Source: Candidatus Methylomirabilota bacterium
Lineage (GTDB): Bacteria; Methylomirabilota; Methylomirabilia; Rokubacteriales; CSP1-6
Direction: 5' to 3'
NCBI GenBank assembly: GCA_046726415.1
Contig: JBKPAK010000057.1
Span: 1-19,001 of the forward strand
Length of the DNA stretch: 19,001 bases
In this document: positions 16,199-19,001 of the stretch, piece by piece
How positions within the stretch are numbered: position 1 is the first letter of the stretch
Layout of the letters: each line of letters begins with the position of its first letter
Notes under the pieces: model-generated
Seen by the model: the letters and a program-made list of their open reading frames with translations, nothing else
Told to the model about the DNA's origin: nothing
Database searches by the model: none
Program-made: the position numbers and the translations under genes

Positions 16199-16453
16199 TC
16201 AAGGATGGATCGCAGAGACGACCTCGCGCACGATGCGTTCCACATCGGGCGCTCCGATCCGGCGGTACGCGCCGATCCACGCGTCGAAGTCCGAGCGCCG
16301 AACAAGGATTTTCCCTCCAACCCGGAAGTGAGGCAGCGGGTGCTCGGCATCGGTGAGATGGTCGCGCAGTCTGCGCGTACCGATGGCGCAGTAGCCGGCG
16401 AGGTCCTTCAGCATCAGGTACTCGCGCGCCGGAGCTCGAGCGGATGGTGTCAT
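16199..16453 (-). CDS. Excisionase-like HTH DNA-binding protein (84 aa)
   Basis: EYLMLKDLAGYCAIGTRRLRDHL...LPHFRVGGKILVRRSDFDAWI (HTH_17-like), immediately upstream of the integrase. Confidence 0.85.
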   Translation of the reverse strand: MTPSARAPAREYLMLKDLAGYCAIGTRRLRDHLTDAEHPLPHFRVGGKILVRRSDFDAWIGAYRRIGAPDVERIVREVVSAIHP

Positions 16454-16590
16454 GGCGTCGGCGTTGGGGGCCGCGCAGCGATTCGTGCCCGCATTGCCTC
16501 GACGGCTCCATAGAGGCATGCCACCTCTTCGGCGCTGGCCTCGGCGAGCCGGGCCGGAGTGGTCACGACGTCGACGAGAGTCAGAGCCAA
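16450..16590 (-). CDS. Small hypothetical protein (46 aa) translationally coupled to xis
   Basis: AGGAGG then TTG 16590; LTLVDVVTTPARLAEASAEEVACLYGAVEAMRARIAAR; ATGA overlap with the xis start. Confidence 0.5.
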   Translation of the reverse strand: MALTLVDVVTTPARLAEASAEEVACLYGAVEAMRARIAARPPTPTP

Positions 16591-18124
16591 GCGTCGCGTC
16601 CCTCCTGGCCATGCCTCGCGCAGCCGAGATTGGTATCGCGAAAGGTCCGGCGCCCTCGATGCATGTGTCGACGGCGAGCGAGAGGTGTGCCAGTGAGCTC
16701 GATCACGGTCGGCGTCATCGTAAGGTCCCGAAGTGGCGGGCCGATCGGGCAGCGCTGGGTCGCTGCCGTATTGCGTCGCAATCAGAGCCGATTGATGCAA
16801 GACGCCTCACGCTGCTGCAGATCGCCTCGGAGCCGAGGTTTCGTCCGTCCGGCACACGAGCTGGCCGTGAGGATGCATCGTTACTGAACTCTCTCGAGAC
16901 GGAGAGCGAGCTCGTGAGGCGAGAACGCGACGACGCCTACGCAGGGCGATGCCCGTGATGCAGCATGCGCCGATCGTCTCGAGGCTGCCGTCATCGAGCC
17001 CCTGCTCCCTACGAGCCTCCGCCGGGCGGGCACGGGCCGTACCAGCTGGCAGAGTCCCGGAAGTCGTCAGCGCCGAGCAACCTGGCGGCCGAGAACCGTT
17101 GCGTGCCGGAGTTCGGACATCGCTCGTGACGGGGCCATCGCCGGGACGCGGCCCGGACCGCGCGTCGTCGATGACAGCACGAGCTGACACTCGGTCGATC
17201 CAGACGAGAACGCGGACTGCGGCTGGGGCCGCGGCGAGGCCACCAGGCTCGACGTCGAGCTGGGAGGCACGGGATCGAGACTGGGCGAGACTCCTTCGAG
17301 CGATTGATCCGATGGTGCCCCGCGACCTGGTACCCAGGCCCCTGCGACGACGGCTGCTCCGATGACGACTCGGCGGGCCCGCGGCGAAGCCCGACAAACA
17401 TCTCAGCGAAGCTTGCCCCTTTGCTCGTGTGGGCCTTACGCATGTTCCGACCGATTCGGCACGGCCGTATCACGCGAAGATCGTGGAGCGGTTCGTGGGA
17501 CCGAACCGGACCTTGCCGGCCCGCCGGCGGAGTCGACAGGGACCGCCCCGGGGCCTAAGGACGGGCCGGAAGCGAGGCGGGAGGGAATGGGCAGGAGAAA
17601 GACGGGGATGCTACAGCAAGATAAAGAGTTACCTCACACGCGACCGAAGTCGCTGTCGCTCCGCGCCAAGTCGTGAAGCACCCGCCTTTCGCAGTACTTC
17701 GTGGTTCGCACGCGGATAGCGTGCAGATCACCTGTCGGCCGACGTGCCGTCGGTCGAACCGCCATGCTGTCGGCCGCCTGTACTCGGAGGCGCAGTTTCC
17801 GTGGTCGTTGCGGGCCGCCGCCCGTGCGTCACGTTTGCAGGCGACCGGCACCCGTTGTGCCGCGCCGTGACGGAACCTCGGAGCGCGGAGAGCACGGCAG
17901 GCGCGTGCTGAATGCCGGGTCAGTGACCGTCGGGCAGGCCGGCAACTGCCTCAGGCTGGACCATGCGCGGACAGAGTCCAGGCGCATCACCGTCAGTTCG
18001 ATGACGCTCCGACTGAGGCGGCTGTGGCCAATGCTCAGCGCGTCGCCTGAAGAACGCCCGCCGCGTGGCCCGCAAGAGCGACTGGGGGATCGTCAGGCCG
18101 AGCGCCGCGGCGATCGTGGAGCTG

Positions 18125-18238
18125 CTACTCGGGCCGCAGTGCCTAGATCGGATCGAGGCGTGCCGCGCGCTGCGCCGGAACGTAGCCGAAGATCACGCCG
18201 ATCGCCACCGCGACCACGAACGCGAGGAGGTTGACCAG
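18125..18238 (-). pseudogene. C-terminal fragment of a MacB/FtsX-like ABC permease
   Basis: LVNLLAFVVAVAIGVIFGYVPAQRAARLDPI*ALRPE*, matching the family terminus PARRAARLDPIEALR.E, with a premature TAG at 18143-18145. Confidence 0.8.
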
Positions 18239-18489
18239 GGGTGAAGATTCGTGGTCGTTGCGCTCGCGCGGGCTGTACGTGAGCGACACGGTCTTGTCGG
18301 CCCCGCCGCCATCCAGCTCGTCGCGGTAACCTGTCCTGGTCAGTGCACCATGATCATGATGGACAGTCCGGCGCCGCGGGGCCGGCTGGCTGCTGGGTAG
18401 TCATCGCCGAGCGTGTCATCCGCCGCGCGCCGTCTCCCGTGTCTTACCGTACGCGGCTGAATGGCACCCGACAGGGTAGAATCTGGTCC

Positions 18490-18810
18490 GTGAAGCGGCG
18501 GCGGCTATGGCTGTTCGCGATCCTGGTCTACGTCGGCCTCGACCTCTGCCTGCCAGCTATGCCAGGCGCCTTCGTATTCGATCCCGACGGTTCGGTCGAG
18601 AGCGTGGACGTTGCCCGTGCCCGCGTGACCAGCAAGCTCGGTTTACTCCCGCCACTTGCCATAGCTTCGCTGCAATCCCCGCCGCAGCTCCGCGATTTCA
18701 CGCCTAGCCTGCCGTCGAACAATCCGGCCCCGCCTCCGGGGCACTTCATGACACGCTACCTGCCTCGGGCCACTTGCGCTCCGCCTCCGCCCTCCGAAGA
18801 CCTGCACTAA
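18490..18810 (+). CDS. Hypothetical protein with N-terminal hydrophobic segment and Pro-rich tail (106 aa), probably leaderless
   Basis: TAGAAT (18477-18482) N7 GTG; MKRRRLWLFAILVYVGLDLCLPAMPGAFVFDPDGSVESV...PPPPSEDLH. Confidence 0.65.
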   Translation: MKRRRLWLFAILVYVGLDLCLPAMPGAFVFDPDGSVESVDVARARVTSKLGLLPPLAIASLQSPPQLRDFTPSLPSNNPAPPPGHFMTRYLPRATCAPPPPSEDLH

Positions 18811-18888
18811 GGCCCTTCGCTTCCTGGTGATGTTCGGCGGCCCCGTTTCGGGCGTCGCTTCCCGTCTATCTGTCATAAGGGGAGAAGT

Positions 18889-19001
18889 ATGGCCAAAGTG
18901 GGACGGTGGGTTACCGATCCAAAGGCTGGTGCGTACTGCAAGATTACGCTCGACAGCGGCGAGAAGATCCTCATCAATCACGATAAGGGTGGGTTCCAGG
19001 G
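18889..19001 (+). CDS. Hypothetical protein, 5' part (runs off window)
   Basis: AAGGGGAG SD; MAKVGRWVTDPKAGAYCKITLDSGEKILINHDKGGFQ; open to the window edge. Confidence 0.7.
   Translation, partial: MAKVGRWVTDPKAGAYCKITLDSGEKILINHDKGGFQ

Larger units (their letters stand above)
14857..17640. mobile_element. Degenerate integrative element (int, xis, small gene, decayed ORFs); right boundary uncertain
   Basis: Co-oriented xis-int module. Integrase stop directly abuts the host gene stop. Region 16600-17640 lacks clean GC3-biased genes. No convincing att repeat found. Confidence 0.6.

Noticed and set aside
16174-16202. Integrase promoter (minus-strand TTGACA over the xis stop)
   Set aside because: The -10 is imperfect at 17 nt spacing (TACTTC) or mis-spaced (GATACT at 15 nt); not enough support.
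18143-18145. In-frame TAG as pyrrolysine or amber read-through
   Set aside because: Lies in an orphan C-terminal fragment at a usual Glu/Asp position; a nonsense mutation is simpler.
14857-18480. tRNA/tmRNA target or long attL/attR repeat for the integrase
   Set aside because: No cloverleaf or T-loop motif and no long copy of the left junction found by eye.

Overview
High-GC bacterial window; gene families and style suggest Candidatus Rokubacteria/Methylomirabilota (inference only). From left to right: (1) a giant minus-strand sigma54 enhancer-binding protein fused to HTH, degenerate class III cyclase, STAND-type NTPase and TPR regions (absent from the ORF track because it runs off the window), divergent from a sigma54-promoter-driven hypothetical gene; (2) a UMF1/Atg22-like MFS transporter; (3) an operon of GlnA4/PuuA-like gamma-glutamylating enzyme, SDR and AfuABC/PhnS2-like ABC transporter, ending in a possible Cys/Met PLP-enzyme remnant; (4) a small hypothetical, a YHS protein, a SAM methyltransferase and an M28 glutaminyl cyclase-like gene; (5) the top finding: two short ORFs (14314-14556 and 14581-14856) that are very likely one AhpD/CMD-family selenoprotein with a CxxU motif and a SECIS-like hairpin 11 nt after the UGA; (6) a decaying integrase/excisionase element abutting that gene, whose integrase has a +1 frameshift upstream of the catalytic Tyr; (7) gene debris and two hypothetical genes. 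Most first-in-unit genes appear to be leaderless.
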